From positions 62,001 to 126,000 of the forward strand of contig JASTWF010000326.1 in NCBI GenBank assembly GCA_030390025.1: a DNA stretch of 64,000 bases. Direction: 5' to 3'. The number at the start of each line of letters is the position of its first letter. Position 1 is the stretch's first letter. Below are positions 63,287 to 64,000 of the stretch, one piece after another. Origin of the DNA: Squalus acanthias. Lineage: Eukaryota. The position numbers and the translations under genes were made by a program. A model generated the notes under the pieces. The model was not told the DNA's origin and made no database searches. It saw nothing but the letters and a program-made list of their open reading frames with translations.

Positions 63287-64000
63287 GGGCCAGAATTTAC
63301 TGTAGCTGGCGAGTGAACTTGCCCTTGACCATTTAATTTCTATGACCTTTTGCACTGGAAGTTGCGATCCAAACAGCGTGGCGCGCTCTACAGGGCAGCT
63401 GGGACCTGTGTAAACAGGACAAGAAACTGTGCATCTCCTCAAGCGCCTGGGCACATTTTACTACTTTCAAGGCGCTATACAAATACAAGTTGTTGTTGAT
63501 TGAAGTAGTGTTAATGAACAATGCAGAGTTTGAACGAGGAAGTCTAGAATAGTGAATTCAATGTCAAATCAGATACAAAAAGCAAAATAAAGAAGGAAAG
63601 AAAGATTGGATTAAGAGAGAGAGAGAGAGAGAGAGAGAGCGCGAAAAGAGACAAAGAAAAAAATTAAATCTCCAACAATTAAAACCTGAAGTAATAAGAC
63701 TCCACACTTGTAAAAGTTACTTTTCAGTGCCAGAGGTTATCTGGCAGTAATTCAAGATTCAACACATCATTAAAAAGGGTACTTAGAGAGAAATGGATAA
63801 GCCCCAACCTTTTGTGGCAAGTTTTGTCCAGATCTACGACATCAGTACAGGAACTTCACGCCGGGGAGTCAGACGGCGAGATGCCATTTTCGTACAGTTT
63901 ACGGAGGAGTGGCGGATCTCGGGCAGCAACTTCTGGATTTTTACGTTTAACTGCACATCTGCGCTCACCTGAAGTTGTTATCCGATTCGCGCATAAATAA
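63287..64000. mobile_element. PIF/Harbinger-like MITE, cut off by the window end; contains (GA)n at ~63615-63639
   Basis: Starts GGGCCAGAATTT; shares cagcaacttctggattttt...tttaactg with the 55046 element. Confidence 0.6.

Overview
Eukaryotic, repeat-dense vertebrate DNA. The repeat set (CR1 LINEs with SGNH-esterase ORF1, a second CR1-clade LINE family, L2, Deu-type tRNA SINEs, Penelope-like elements, PIF/Harbinger and Tigger-like MITEs) points to a cartilaginous fish; this is inference. No intact protein-coding gene is visible. The main signal hidden between the repeats is a chain of about 14 minus-strand exon remnants running the full window. Their translated motifs follow the polycystin-1 (PKD1) domain order LRRCT - WSC - PKD - C-type lectin - PKD - REJ, with in-frame stops and frameshifts, so this is probably a unitary pseudogene of a PKD1 paralogue. 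The match was made by eye against recalled human PKD1 and needs an alignment. Also present: three Penelope-derived minimal hammerhead ribozyme motifs (one with an intact core), a CpG-rich promoter-like site inside an intron of the pseudogene, a decayed two-gene Harbinger element with a nested MITE, a pair of oppositely oriented Tigger-like MITEs, and an annexin retrocopy fragment.
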